DNA from: an uncultured Bacteroidales bacterium
Lineage (GTDB): Bacteria > Bacteroidota > Bacteroidia > Bacteroidales > SZUA-534
Direction: 5' to 3'
Length of the DNA stretch: 64,000 nt
NCBI GenBank assembly: GCA_965370965.1
Contig: CBDUWQ010000001.1
Location: 10,388 to 74,387, forward strand
Both the position numbers and the translations under genes were made by a program. Position 1 is the stretch's first letter, and every line of letters starts with the position of its first letter. Below the pieces are notes generated by a model. That model was not told where the DNA came from and searched no databases. It was given only the letters and a program-made list of their open reading frames with translations. Shown piece by piece: positions 18,381-27,738 of this stretch.

Positions 18381-18466
18381 CATAAATCCGCAAGCGGATT
18401 ATCTCTATCCACTAATTACACAAACCTGCCTGCCTATAACATTAGGGTAGGATACCACGAATTTTA
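18381..18466 (-). repeat. repeat family A, full-length copy 1 (86 nt)
   Basis: The reverse complement aligns without gaps to 60801-60886 with 77/86 identical positions. It contains the hairpins AATCCG-CTTG-CGGATT and CCT(A/G)(C/T)CC..GGCAGG. Confidence 0.85.
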
Positions 18467-18579
18467 ATTCACTTAAATAGGCGAATTAATTATTGTGCAA
18501 ATTCTTTATTAATAGGCATTAATAAAAATCCTTGCGGATTTTAGGTATAAATACAAAATCTATGTTTCCCAACATAAAC

Positions 18580-18603
18580 AAACGGTTGCGGAAACGGTTG
18601 CAT
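18580..18603. promoter_or_regulatory. tandem candidate LacI-family operators (AAACGGTTGCGG AAACGGTTGCAT)
   Basis: A direct 12-nt duplication of a CG-centred AAACGnTTGC core, 46-70 nt upstream of the susC -7 box. The same core occurs at 16329-16342. Confidence 0.4.
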
Positions 18604-18648
18604 AACCCAACTTGCTGTTTGCCTGTTTAATATGCGGAAAATGATGCT

Positions 18649-18656
18649 TACATTTG
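18649..18656 (+). promoter_or_regulatory. candidate -7 box TACATTTG for susC operon
   Basis: Exact TAnnTTTG match 74 nt upstream of the susC ATG. Confidence 0.45.
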
Positions 18657-18730
18657 TGGTGCGCTATAATTCAATTCATGATTAAAAGGAGAGGCTTAAC
18701 ACTTTTATTTATTTTAAAATTAAAAGGATT

Positions 18731-21700
18731 ATGGTTAAAAAATTACTATCGCTTTTTGCAGTAGTTTTAACTACGGTATCGTTTGTATTTGCGCAAACAG
18801 GAACTGCAGTTGGAACAGTTGTTGACGCAAATGGTGAATCATTAATTGGTACTACCATTGTGGTAAAGGGTACCACAATGGGTACAATTGCCAATATTGA
18901 TGGTAACTTTAAGCTTGCGGGTATAGCTGTTGGGCAACAAACTCTTGTTGCATCGTTTATTGGATATACAAGTCTTGAACAAACCATAACAATTACTGAA
19001 ACAAAAGAGGTTACGGTAAATTTTACTTTAATTGAAGATGTAACTACACTTGACGAACTTATTGTAATTGGCTACGGTGTTCAAAAAAAGGAAGATAAAA
19101 CAGGGGCTGTTACTACTATTTCATCTAAAGATTTTAATCAAGGGGCTATTACATCGGCACAAGATTTGGTTACCGGAAAAATTGCCGGTGTGCAAATAAC
19201 TTCCGGTGGTGGTGCTCCGGGTAGCGGTTCAACCATAAGAATTAGGGGTGGGTCATCATTAAATGCTAGCAACGATCCTTTAATTATTATTGATGGAGTT
19301 CCTATTGACAATAGTGATGTTGCCGGTATGCGTAATCCTTTAAATACCATTAATCCTAATGACATAGAGACATTTACAGTATTGAAAGATGCATCGGCAA
19401 CTGCAATATATGGATCGCGGGCATCAAACGGCGTAATTATAATTAACACTAAAAGTGGTGCCGAAGGAGTCATGAAAATTGATTACCAAGGCTCGGTTGC
19501 CGTTAATACGGTTACAAAAACCGTTGGAGTACTTAGTGCTGATAGTTATAGAAAAACTATAAACGGAAACTTTCCGCTAAATGCAAGCTTAATGGGTGAT
19601 GCAAATACAGTTTGGATGGATGAAATATTTAAACCGTCATTAAATAACAAACATAATTTAGCAATAAGCGGAAAAACAGGCTTTCTTCCTTATAGAGTTT
19701 CTTTAGGTTACGACCAAAATAATGGAATACTTAAAACCTCTAAATTAGACAGGGTTACAACGTCGGTAAACCTAAGCCCATCGTTTTTTGACAAAAAGTT
19801 AAAAGTAAAAGTTAATGTAAAATATATGAATGTTAAAAACCAATTTGCCGATGAAGGTGCAATTGGTAGTGCTATGACAATTGATCCTACTCAAAAACCA
19901 ATAAATAGTAGTTTGTATGCAGATTATGGTGGATATTTTGCATGGGACAAGGAAAATAATGATGGAACAATAGAACTTATACCAATTGCACCAAAAAACC
20001 CATTGGCACAGCTCGAACAAAAATCAAATATAGCCAATGTAAACAGGGTTATTGGAAATTTACAATTAGACTATAAACTACATTTTTTGCCTGATTTAAG
20101 ACTAAACTTAAATATTGGAGCAGATTACTCGTCAAGTGATGGTTTGGAAGAACTATCTCACCTTGCTGCATTTGACGGTGGAGCATTTGGAAATGGAGGA
20201 AGCGTACATAATTATAAGCAAGAAAAAAGAAATGATATTTTGGAGTATTATATGCAATATGATAAAAAACTTACAAGTATAAACTCAAGATTTAGCGTGT
20301 TAGGCGGATACTCGTGGCAACACTTTTGGATACAAGATGAAAATCATACATTTTACAATAAGCCGGATAATCCGGATGCATTAGATCCAAGCCCTTACCG
20401 ACTTGAAAAAACAGAAAACTATCTTGTTTCATTCTTTGGCAGATTTAATTATACGCTTGCTGAAAAATATTTGTTAACAGCTACAATAAGACACGATGGC
20501 TCTTCAAAATTCCAAGGCGAAAATCAATGGGGTACATTCCCTTCGGTAGCCTTAGCATGGAGAATTAATAAAGAGAGTTTTTTAGAAAATGCTACTGCTT
20601 TAAGCGATTTAAAACTTAGATTAGGTTATGGAATTACCGGTCAGCAAGACATTTCCAAAAACGATTATCCGGCATTGGGCATTTATACTATAAGCCAATC
20701 AACTGCAGGATATCAATACATAAACCCAAATAATGGTTTATATGAAAAAATTGAAACATTAGTTTATAGACCAAATGAATATGACGAAAACTTAAAATGG
20801 GAAGAGACAACCACTTTAAATATAGGTATAGATTATGGATTTTATAAAGATAGAATTACCGGTTCAGTAGAGGTTTATAATAGAAAAACAAAAGATTTGA
20901 TAAACAGGGTGCCGGTTCCTGCCGGATCAAACTTTAAAAATCAGGTTACAACAAATGTTGGCAATACCGATAATAAAGGTATTGAGCTTTCAATTTTAGG
21001 ACATTTAATAAGTAAAACTGATTTTAACTGGAGATTTGGAATAAACGGTTCATACAATGATGTTAAAATTACTAAGCTTACTCTTGTTGATGACCCTAAT
21101 TACATTGGTATATTCAAAGGTGATATATCGGGAGGAACCGGAAATAAAGTGCAAATTCATCAAGTTGGGGAAACACCTTATTCGTACTTTGTTTATCAAC
21201 AAGTATATGACGCTAATGGTATGCCAATTGAGGGCGAATATGCAGATTTAGATGGTGATGGTAATACAAACGGAGATACTGATGATTTGCGGATTTATAA
21301 TAGCCGAGCTCCAAAAGTAATTTTTGGATTAAGCTCAAACATAACATATAAAAAATGGGATTTCTCATTTACAGGACATGGCAGCTTTGGAAATTATGTA
21401 TATAACAACGTAGCCTCTAATGGTGCATATACAGATAGGTTAGTTACCAGCGGCATATTTTTAAGCAATATTACTGATGACATTTATAATACAAAATTTC
21501 AAAGACCACAGTATTTATCAGATTATTATGTGCAGGATGCAAGCTTTTTTAGATTTGATAACATAACACTCGGTTACAATTTTGAACCAATTAATTTCAA
21601 AAATATTAGATTCAGAGTTTATACTGCGGTAAATAATGTATTTGTAATTACAGGTTATGAAGGAATTGACCCCGAGGTTTTTGATGGAATTGACAATAAC

Positions 21701-21751
21701 AATTACCCAAGGCCAAGGACATTCCTTTTAGGTGTAAATATGTCATTCTAA
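18731..21751 (+). CDS. susC: SusC/RagA-family TonB-dependent outer-membrane transporter
   Basis: Signal peptide, carboxypeptidase-regulatory-like N-domain (GTVVDANGESLIGTTIVVKGT), plug domain (IVIGYGVQKKEDKTGAV), and C-terminal barrel ending NYPRPRTFLLGVNMSF. Confidence 0.95.
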   Translation: MVKKLLSLFAVVLTTVSFVFAQTGTAVGTVVDANGESLIGTTIVVKGTTMGTIANIDGNFKLAGIAVGQQTLVASFIGYTSLEQTITITETKEVTVNFTLIEDVTTLDELIVIGYGVQKKEDKTGAVTTISSKDFNQGAITSAQDLVTGKIAGVQITSGGGAPGSGSTIRIRGGSSLNASNDPLIIIDGVPIDNSDVAGMRNPLNTINPNDIETFTVLKDASATAIYGSRASNGVIIINTKSGAEGVMKIDYQGSVAVNTVTKTVGVLSADSYRKTINGNFPLNASLMGDANTVWMDEIFKPSLNNKHNLAISGKTGFLPYRVSLGYDQNNGILKTSKLDRVTTSVNLSPSFFDKKLKVKVNVKYMNVKNQFADEGAIGSAMTIDPTQKPINSSLYADYGGYFAWDKENNDGTIELIPIAPKNPLAQLEQKSNIANVNRVIGNLQLDYKLHFLPDLRLNLNIGADYSSSDGLEELSHLAAFDGGAFGNGGSVHNYKQEKRNDILEYYMQYDKKLTSINSRFSVLGGYSWQHFWIQDENHTFYNKPDNPDALDPSPYRLEKTENYLVSFFGRFNYTLAEKYLLTATIRHDGSSKFQGENQWGTFPSVALAWRINKESFLENATALSDLKLRLGYGITGQQDISKNDYPALGIYTISQSTAGYQYINPNNGLYEKIETLVYRPNEYDENLKWEETTTLNIGIDYGFYKDRITGSVEVYNRKTKDLINRVPVPAGSNFKNQVTTNVGNTDNKGIELSILGHLISKTDFNWRFGINGSYNDVKITKLTLVDDPNYIGIFKGDISGGTGNKVQIHQVGETPYSYFVYQQVYDANGMPIEGEYADLDGDGNTNGDTDDLRIYNSRAPKVIFGLSSNITYKKWDFSFTGHGSFGNYVYNNVASNGAYTDRLVTSGIFLSNITDDIYNTKFQRPQYLSDYYVQDASFFRFDNITLGYNFEPINFKNIRFRVYTAVNNVFVITGYEGIDPEVFDGIDNNNYPRPRTFLLGVNMSF

Positions 21752-21777
21752 TTATGAATATACTAAAGATAATAAAA

Positions 21778-23370
21778 ATGAAAAATATAAACATATTAAT
21801 TGGTATTGCAGCTTTTCTTACTATAAGTTTGTTTAGCTGTGTTGATGATTTGAATGTAACACCAATTGATCCAAACTTAGTAACCGCTGAAAAAATTTAT
21901 CAAAATGAAGCAGACTTTTTAAGCGGGCTGTCAAAAATATATGCCAATTTAGCTACAACAGGTCAAAAAGGGCCTGCCGGCGATGCTGATATAGAATCGA
22001 ATGATGAAGGAGCAAATCAATACTGGCGTACATATTGGATAGCACAAGAACTTCCAACCGACGAAGCTATTAACGGATGGTCTGATGCCGGCGTACCTGA
22101 AATGAGTCAAATGACATGGACTTCAAACAATTATGGTATTGGTGCATTATACTATCGTATTATTATTCAGGCTACTTATGCCAATGAGTTTATACGTCAA
22201 GCCAGAAAATATGGAAAGCCGGAATACACAAACTTGGACACTTACCTTGCCGAAGCCAGATTTTTAAGGGCAATGTCGTATTGGCATGCGTTAGATTTAT
22301 ATGGAAATGGAGTACCTTTTGTTACCGAAAATAGCCCCATTGGCGCAGTATTACCTCAACCGGCAGGTTTAGGTCCTGTTGGTAGCGAACTCTTTAATTA
22401 CATTGAAAGTGAACTAATAGCAATTACTGATAACTCTAATAGCGAACAGTTAAATGAACCTAGAGAAGGATATATTGGTGCAGCTAATAAAGGTGCAGCA
22501 TGGATGGTTTTAGCTAAAATGTATTTGAATCATAAAACATATTTGGGTACTGAAAGCTCAGATTACTATGAAAAGTCTCGTAACTATATAAATATGATTA
22601 TTAATGAAGGAGGATACTCATTGTCCGATAATTACGAATATCTGTTTTTAGCAGATAATCATACTATGGATCAGGAAATAATATTTGCTATTTCTCAAGA
22701 CGGTTTAACAATGAAAAATTACGGAGGTACAACTTACCTTATAAATGCAGCTGTTGGTGGGTCAATGCCTGCTGTCGATTATGGAACCAGCGGTGGTTGG
22801 GGTGGTAACCGTGTAACTAAAGCTTTGGTAAACAAATTTGAAGGCCAAGATAAAAGGGCAATGTGGTACACCGATGGACAAAGCCTTGAGATTGAAGAAC
22901 AAGACCAGTTTACACAAGGCTATGCTTGTGAAAAATATAAAAACATAACACAAGATGGTGCACCGGGTTCAAATCTATCAGAAGGATTTGCCGACACTGA
23001 TATACCTGTGTTTCGTTTAGCAGATGCCTATTTAATGCTTTGTGAGCTTGACCTAAGAATTGATGGCTCTTTATCAGCAGCAGCATTTAATTATATTGAA
23101 CAAATTAGGCAGCGTAGTGGTTTAACTACAAACCAAGCCGATGTTAACTTAGCTTTTATATTAGACGAACGAGCCAGAGAGTTATACTGGGAAGCACACC
23201 GTAGAACAGACCTTATTCGTTTTGGACTGTTAACATCGGGTGAATATTTGTGGCCATTTAAAGGAAACGATAAAAATGGAATAGCCGTAAATGACAGATA
23301 TAATTGGTATCCTATACCATATTCTGATATTACTGCCAATCCTAACTTAAAACAAAATCTTGATTATTAA
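21778..23370 (+). CDS. susD: SusD/RagB-family nutrient-binding lipoprotein
   Basis: Lipobox LFSC and SusD-like TPR core (RFLRAMSYWHALDLYGNGVPF, RARELYWEAHRRTDLIRFG), immediately after susC. The track start at 21754 is also possible. Confidence 0.9.
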   Translation: MKNINILIGIAAFLTISLFSCVDDLNVTPIDPNLVTAEKIYQNEADFLSGLSKIYANLATTGQKGPAGDADIESNDEGANQYWRTYWIAQELPTDEAINGWSDAGVPEMSQMTWTSNNYGIGALYYRIIIQATYANEFIRQARKYGKPEYTNLDTYLAEARFLRAMSYWHALDLYGNGVPFVTENSPIGAVLPQPAGLGPVGSELFNYIESELIAITDNSNSEQLNEPREGYIGAANKGAAWMVLAKMYLNHKTYLGTESSDYYEKSRNYINMIINEGGYSLSDNYEYLFLADNHTMDQEIIFAISQDGLTMKNYGGTTYLINAAVGGSMPAVDYGTSGGWGGNRVTKALVNKFEGQDKRAMWYTDGQSLEIEEQDQFTQGYACEKYKNITQDGAPGSNLSEGFADTDIPVFRLADAYLMLCELDLRIDGSLSAAAFNYIEQIRQRSGLTTNQADVNLAFILDERARELYWEAHRRTDLIRFGLLTSGEYLWPFKGNDKNGIAVNDRYNWYPIPYSDITANPNLKQNLDY

Positions 23371-23407
23371 CATAAATAAATTTAAATCTAAACTAAAATT
23401 GAATATT

Positions 23408-24583
23408 ATGAAAAAAATTGGAAAATTTCTGATGATGTTTGCTTTGTTGTCATTTGTTTTTACTAGTTGTAATGATGATGATAATGATGACCCTATTGAC
23501 GTATCAAAAGATGGCGCTTATGTTGCAGGTGCAGCTGTAGGTTCTATCGACGTTAAGTTTGATCAGGCTTTAGTTGAAGGCGCAAGCTTTTCTAGCTATG
23601 AAAGAACAGGAATGCACGAAGTGTATTTTTACTGTGTTGCAGGTGCTTTAGAATTTAAAGTAATTAAAGACGGTGCTGCAACAGTTTATGGACCGGAAAA
23701 TGTAAACGATGTTACTTTAGATGGCAGCGACAGCCAAATAATTGGAACTTTTAAAACCGGGACATTAGCTGCCGGTAAAACGCCAATTAACATTGAAACC
23801 GAAGGATTTTACCACTTAATTTATGATGAAACATCAATGAATTTTTGGGTAATACCTGTTTTAAAATGGGAATGGGTATATGATGATACTGAATTAGAAA
23901 CAGGTGCAGCGTCAGCAGAAAAAGTTGAATGGACAAAAACAGATGTTAAATTCTCAACTCACCAATCGAAATTACGTTATAACGATGGTTGGAAAATTAT
24001 AACCGATGTACCCATTTTACCAGAACATGCTGAATTAACAGATGGCGATTTTGTTGTTATTTTCACTAACTTAGGATTTAACGATCAGGATGCCTTAGAA
24101 CCGGGTGCCGGTAATGGTGATGTTGAAAAAGGTGTATATACAATAACACTTACATGGACTCCAGCTCAAAAATTTGTTATTGACCTAAATAAAACTAGTG
24201 ATGTTGAAAATACCGACTATTCTGAATATTTATTAGGATTTATTGGTAATGGAATAATGGTTTCTGATACTGCATGGGGATGGGGCGACCTTTCTTACGA
24301 AAATCAAACTCCAACCAAAGATGGTGAGATTTATACATGGACATGGAATAGTGTTAAAGTTGCAGCCAATGGTGACCAAGAAAACTCATGGAAATTCAGA
24401 AAAGATAATGCTTGGGATTTTACATTAGGATTTAATGATGTTACAATGTCAGGTAGTGCAGCCGGCGACTTTTTTGCAGGATCAGGTGATGGCAACTTTG
24501 GAGTTGCCGAAGAGGGTGAATATGATTTTGTTCTTACTGTTAATGCAGACAATGACAGTTGGACTCTTGGAGCTACTAAATAA
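23408..24583 (+). CDS. SusE/SusF-like outer-membrane lipoprotein (putative starch-binding)
   Basis: Lipobox VFTSCNDDD, a beta-rich Ig/CBM-like sequence, and the third position of a susCD operon. The assignment rests on context more than on motifs. Confidence 0.55.
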   Translation: MKKIGKFLMMFALLSFVFTSCNDDDNDDPIDVSKDGAYVAGAAVGSIDVKFDQALVEGASFSSYERTGMHEVYFYCVAGALEFKVIKDGAATVYGPENVNDVTLDGSDSQIIGTFKTGTLAAGKTPINIETEGFYHLIYDETSMNFWVIPVLKWEWVYDDTELETGAASAEKVEWTKTDVKFSTHQSKLRYNDGWKIITDVPILPEHAELTDGDFVVIFTNLGFNDQDALEPGAGNGDVEKGVYTITLTWTPAQKFVIDLNKTSDVENTDYSEYLLGFIGNGIMVSDTAWGWGDLSYENQTPTKDGEIYTWTWNSVKVAANGDQENSWKFRKDNAWDFTLGFNDVTMSGSAAGDFFAGSGDGNFGVAEEGEYDFVLTVNADNDSWTLGATK

Positions 24584-24604
24584 AATAAATCTGATTTACT
24601 TATA

Positions 24605-24632
24605 AAAAGGTTCCAAAAGGAACCTTTTTTTT
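24605..24632 (+). terminator. rho-independent terminator after the susCDE-like operon
   Basis: AAAAGGTTCC-AAAA-GGAACCTTTTTTTT. Confidence 0.8.
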
Positions 24633-24720
24633 ACATTTTTCAATACTTTTCCATATTTATTGCTAAACAGATTTGCCTTATAAATACCACTTGTAAAAAA
24701 TTAATTTAAATTTTCTACTA

Positions 24721-27549
24721 ATGAAGAAAATATTAATTATTACCTTTCTATTTATATATTCTCAAGCACGGGCACAATTAATTACAACCAACCCAACCTT
24801 TCCGGATGCAAATAGTGCTGTTACCATAACTTTTAACGCCGCATTGGGCAACCAAGGCTTAAAAGACTATACCGGTGATATTTATGCCCATACAGGTGTA
24901 ACTACCAATAATAGCAGTGGTGGCAGCGATTGGAGATATGTTAAAACCAACTGGGGAACAAATACTGAAGAGACAAAGCTCACAAGAATTGGCGATAATT
25001 TATATACCCTTTTAATAACACCATCAATAAAAGAGTATTACGGAGTACCCAATGATGAAACTATTTTGCAGATGGTCTTTGTTTTTAGAAGTGGCGATAG
25101 TTCAAAAGAGGGAAAAACAGCCGAGGGTGGCGATATATTTGCCAATGTTTATGAAGAATCTCTATCGGTAACAATTATTAAGCCTGAAGATAATATAATA
25201 GTTCTGCTAAACGACCAAATTGATATTGAAGCTGCATCAAATTTAGCTGATAGCTTGATTCTTTATATTGATAATACAAGGATTCAAGCTACTAACACAA
25301 GTACCTTATTGCATACATATAGCGTAAATACCGATGGCAAGCATTGGATTGTGGTTGAAGCAAAAAATGATTCAGAAAGTGTTTTTGATTCGGTTTATTG
25401 CTTTGTAAAAGAGAATGTTGAAATAAAAGAATTACCGGCAGGTGCTATAAACGGAATTAATTATAATAATGATAGTACGGTTACATTGGTACTTAATGCT
25501 CCCGAAAAGGAATATGTTTATTTATTAGGTGATTTTAATAGTTGGGATATTTCCAATATCGGAAAAAACAATGTACCAAAACCATATAATAGACAAATAA
25601 AGGCAGACACTTGGATGATGTATAAAACGGCTAACGGTAACCATTTTTGGCTAACAATTAATAATATAACGCCAATGATTGAGTATCGGTATCAGTATTT
25701 AATTGATGGCGAAATTGTTGTTGCCGACCCGTATGCCGATAAAATACTCGACCCTTGGAACGATAAATATATTGATGAAAATACCTATCCAAATTTGATA
25801 CCTTACCCCGAAGATTTAACATTTAAACCTGTATCGGTTTTTCAAACTGCCCAAAATGATTATGCTTGGCAAGTAACCGATTTTACCCCTCCAAAAGTTA
25901 CCGATATGGTAATTTACGAGATGCTTATACGCGATTTTGTTGAAACACATACATATAAAACAATTGCCGACACGCTCGACTATCTTAAGAACCTTGGGGT
26001 TAATGTATTGGAATTAATGCCAATAAATGAATTTGAAGGCAATTCGAGCTGGGGCTACAACCCTTCGTTTTATTTTGCACCCGATAAATATTACGGACCA
26101 AAAAATAAGCTAAAACTATTGGTTGACGAATGCCATAAACGTGGTATAGCAGTTGTTATTGATTTGGTATTAAACCATTCATATGGGCAAAGTCCGTTTG
26201 TGCGAATGTATTTTGAAAATGGCAAACCCGCAGCAAATAACCCATGGTATAATGTTAACCACAATTTTACTAACCCCGATGCACATTGGGGATACGATTT
26301 TAATCACGAAAGTGTATTTACACAGGCATTAGTTGATAGTATTAACTCATATTGGATGAACCAGTATAAAATTGATGGTTTTCGATTTGATTTTACCAAA
26401 GGTTTTGGAAATAATATTAAAGATGCATCAGACCCATGGGGTAGTATATACGACGCCGACAGGGTTAGGCTGTTAAAGCGAATGGCCAATGAAATATGGA
26501 AACGCAACAGCGATGCATATGTAATTTTTGAGCACCTTTCGGAAAATGATGAGGAGCGCGAATTGGCCAATTATGGGATACTGCTATGGGGCAATATGAA
26601 CTACAATTACCTTGAAGGCGCTATGGGCTGGAACGATGGTGGCAAATCTGATTTTTCATGGATATCGTATAAAAAGAGAGGATGGAGCAACCCTCATGTT
26701 GTTGGGTATATGGAGAGCCACGATGAGGAACGTATGGTATATAAAAACCAACAGTGGGGCAACTCATCGGGTAATTACAATATTACCGAGTATTATACAT
26801 CTGTGCAGCGGGTAGAGCTGGCTGCAAACTTTTTTATACCCATACCAGGACCAAAAATGATTTGGCAATTTGGCGAGTTAGGTTACGATTATTCAATTGA
26901 TTACAACGGACGTGTGGGCGAAAAGCCTATTCGTTGGGATTATTTCAGTTTAGGTTCGCGTAAGCGTATTTATGAGGTAATGGGTTATTTAAATAAGCTT
27001 AAAACTGAGGAAATTGCCTTTGAAACCACCGATTATTCATTATCGGTTAGCAGTGCATTGAAATCAATACATTTAAACCATACCGATATGAATGTGGTTA
27101 TTATTGGCAATTTTGATGTGGTTGAGGATAAAATAAATCCAAACTTTCAAAACACAGGTACATGGTATGAGTTTTATAGTGGACAAACTGTTGATGTTAC
27201 CAACACCCAAGCTGAAATTACTTTAGCACCGGGCGAATATAGGCTTTATACCACAAAACAATTTGATACACCCGAACTTAGCCCGTTTATTGGCGAATCA
27301 AAAAATACCATTTTAAAAGATGGTTTAAAAATATATCCCAATCCTGTTAAAAATAAACTATATATTGACAATGCCCAAAAGCTGGTTCAGGTATCAATAA
27401 TAAATATTTTTGGGCAACAGGTTTTTTTAAGCAGAACAAATACCAACCTTTCAATAATTTCTGTTAACCATTTTACAGATGGCATTTATATAATCTCCGG
27501 TATTGATAAGCATGGTGTTACATATACATCGAGGTTTATAAAAAAATAA
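24721..27549 (+). CDS. GH13 alpha-amylase/pullulanase-type enzyme with N-terminal carbohydrate-binding/Ig-like domains and T9SS C-terminal sorting domain
   Basis: GH13 motifs DLVLNHS, GFRFDFTKG, IFEHL, YMESHDEE, with a C-terminal LKIYPNPVKNKLYI..GIYIISG..FIKK Por/T9SS tail. Confidence 0.85.
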   Translation: MKKILIITFLFIYSQARAQLITTNPTFPDANSAVTITFNAALGNQGLKDYTGDIYAHTGVTTNNSSGGSDWRYVKTNWGTNTEETKLTRIGDNLYTLLITPSIKEYYGVPNDETILQMVFVFRSGDSSKEGKTAEGGDIFANVYEESLSVTIIKPEDNIIVLLNDQIDIEAASNLADSLILYIDNTRIQATNTSTLLHTYSVNTDGKHWIVVEAKNDSESVFDSVYCFVKENVEIKELPAGAINGINYNNDSTVTLVLNAPEKEYVYLLGDFNSWDISNIGKNNVPKPYNRQIKADTWMMYKTANGNHFWLTINNITPMIEYRYQYLIDGEIVVADPYADKILDPWNDKYIDENTYPNLIPYPEDLTFKPVSVFQTAQNDYAWQVTDFTPPKVTDMVIYEMLIRDFVETHTYKTIADTLDYLKNLGVNVLELMPINEFEGNSSWGYNPSFYFAPDKYYGPKNKLKLLVDECHKRGIAVVIDLVLNHSYGQSPFVRMYFENGKPAANNPWYNVNHNFTNPDAHWGYDFNHESVFTQALVDSINSYWMNQYKIDGFRFDFTKGFGNNIKDASDPWGSIYDADRVRLLKRMANEIWKRNSDAYVIFEHLSENDEERELANYGILLWGNMNYNYLEGAMGWNDGGKSDFSWISYKKRGWSNPHVVGYMESHDEERMVYKNQQWGNSSGNYNITEYYTSVQRVELAANFFIPIPGPKMIWQFGELGYDYSIDYNGRVGEKPIRWDYFSLGSRKRIYEVMGYLNKLKTEEIAFETTDYSLSVSSALKSIHLNHTDMNVVIIGNFDVVEDKINPNFQNTGTWYEFYSGQTVDVTNTQAEITLAPGEYRLYTTKQFDTPELSPFIGESKNTILKDGLKIYPNPVKNKLYIDNAQKLVQVSIINIFGQQVFLSRTNTNLSIISVNHFTDGIYIISGIDKHGVTYTSRFIKK

Positions 27550-27630
27550 ACACTATTTTTATCCTACATTATGCACAAATAAAAATTTTGTGTTAATCAA
27601 GGCGTCAAACTGTAAAGTTGTATATTAATA

Positions 27631-27694
27631 CTGCAAGCAGTTTGCAACCTGCCTTGCCGGACAGACAGGCGATGAGTAACGCAAAATTTAATTT
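27631..27694 (-). repeat. degenerate copy of repeat family A lacking the central spacer
   Basis: The plus strand ctgcaagcagttt..caacctgccttgcc..cagg..cgcaaaatttaatt parallels the plus strand of copy 1, ccgcaagcggatt..caaacctgcctgcc..tagg..cacgaattttaatt. Confidence 0.45.
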
Positions 27695-27738
27695 GCTTTA
27701 TAATTGGTATTATAAGCTATAATTAAAATATTTATACA

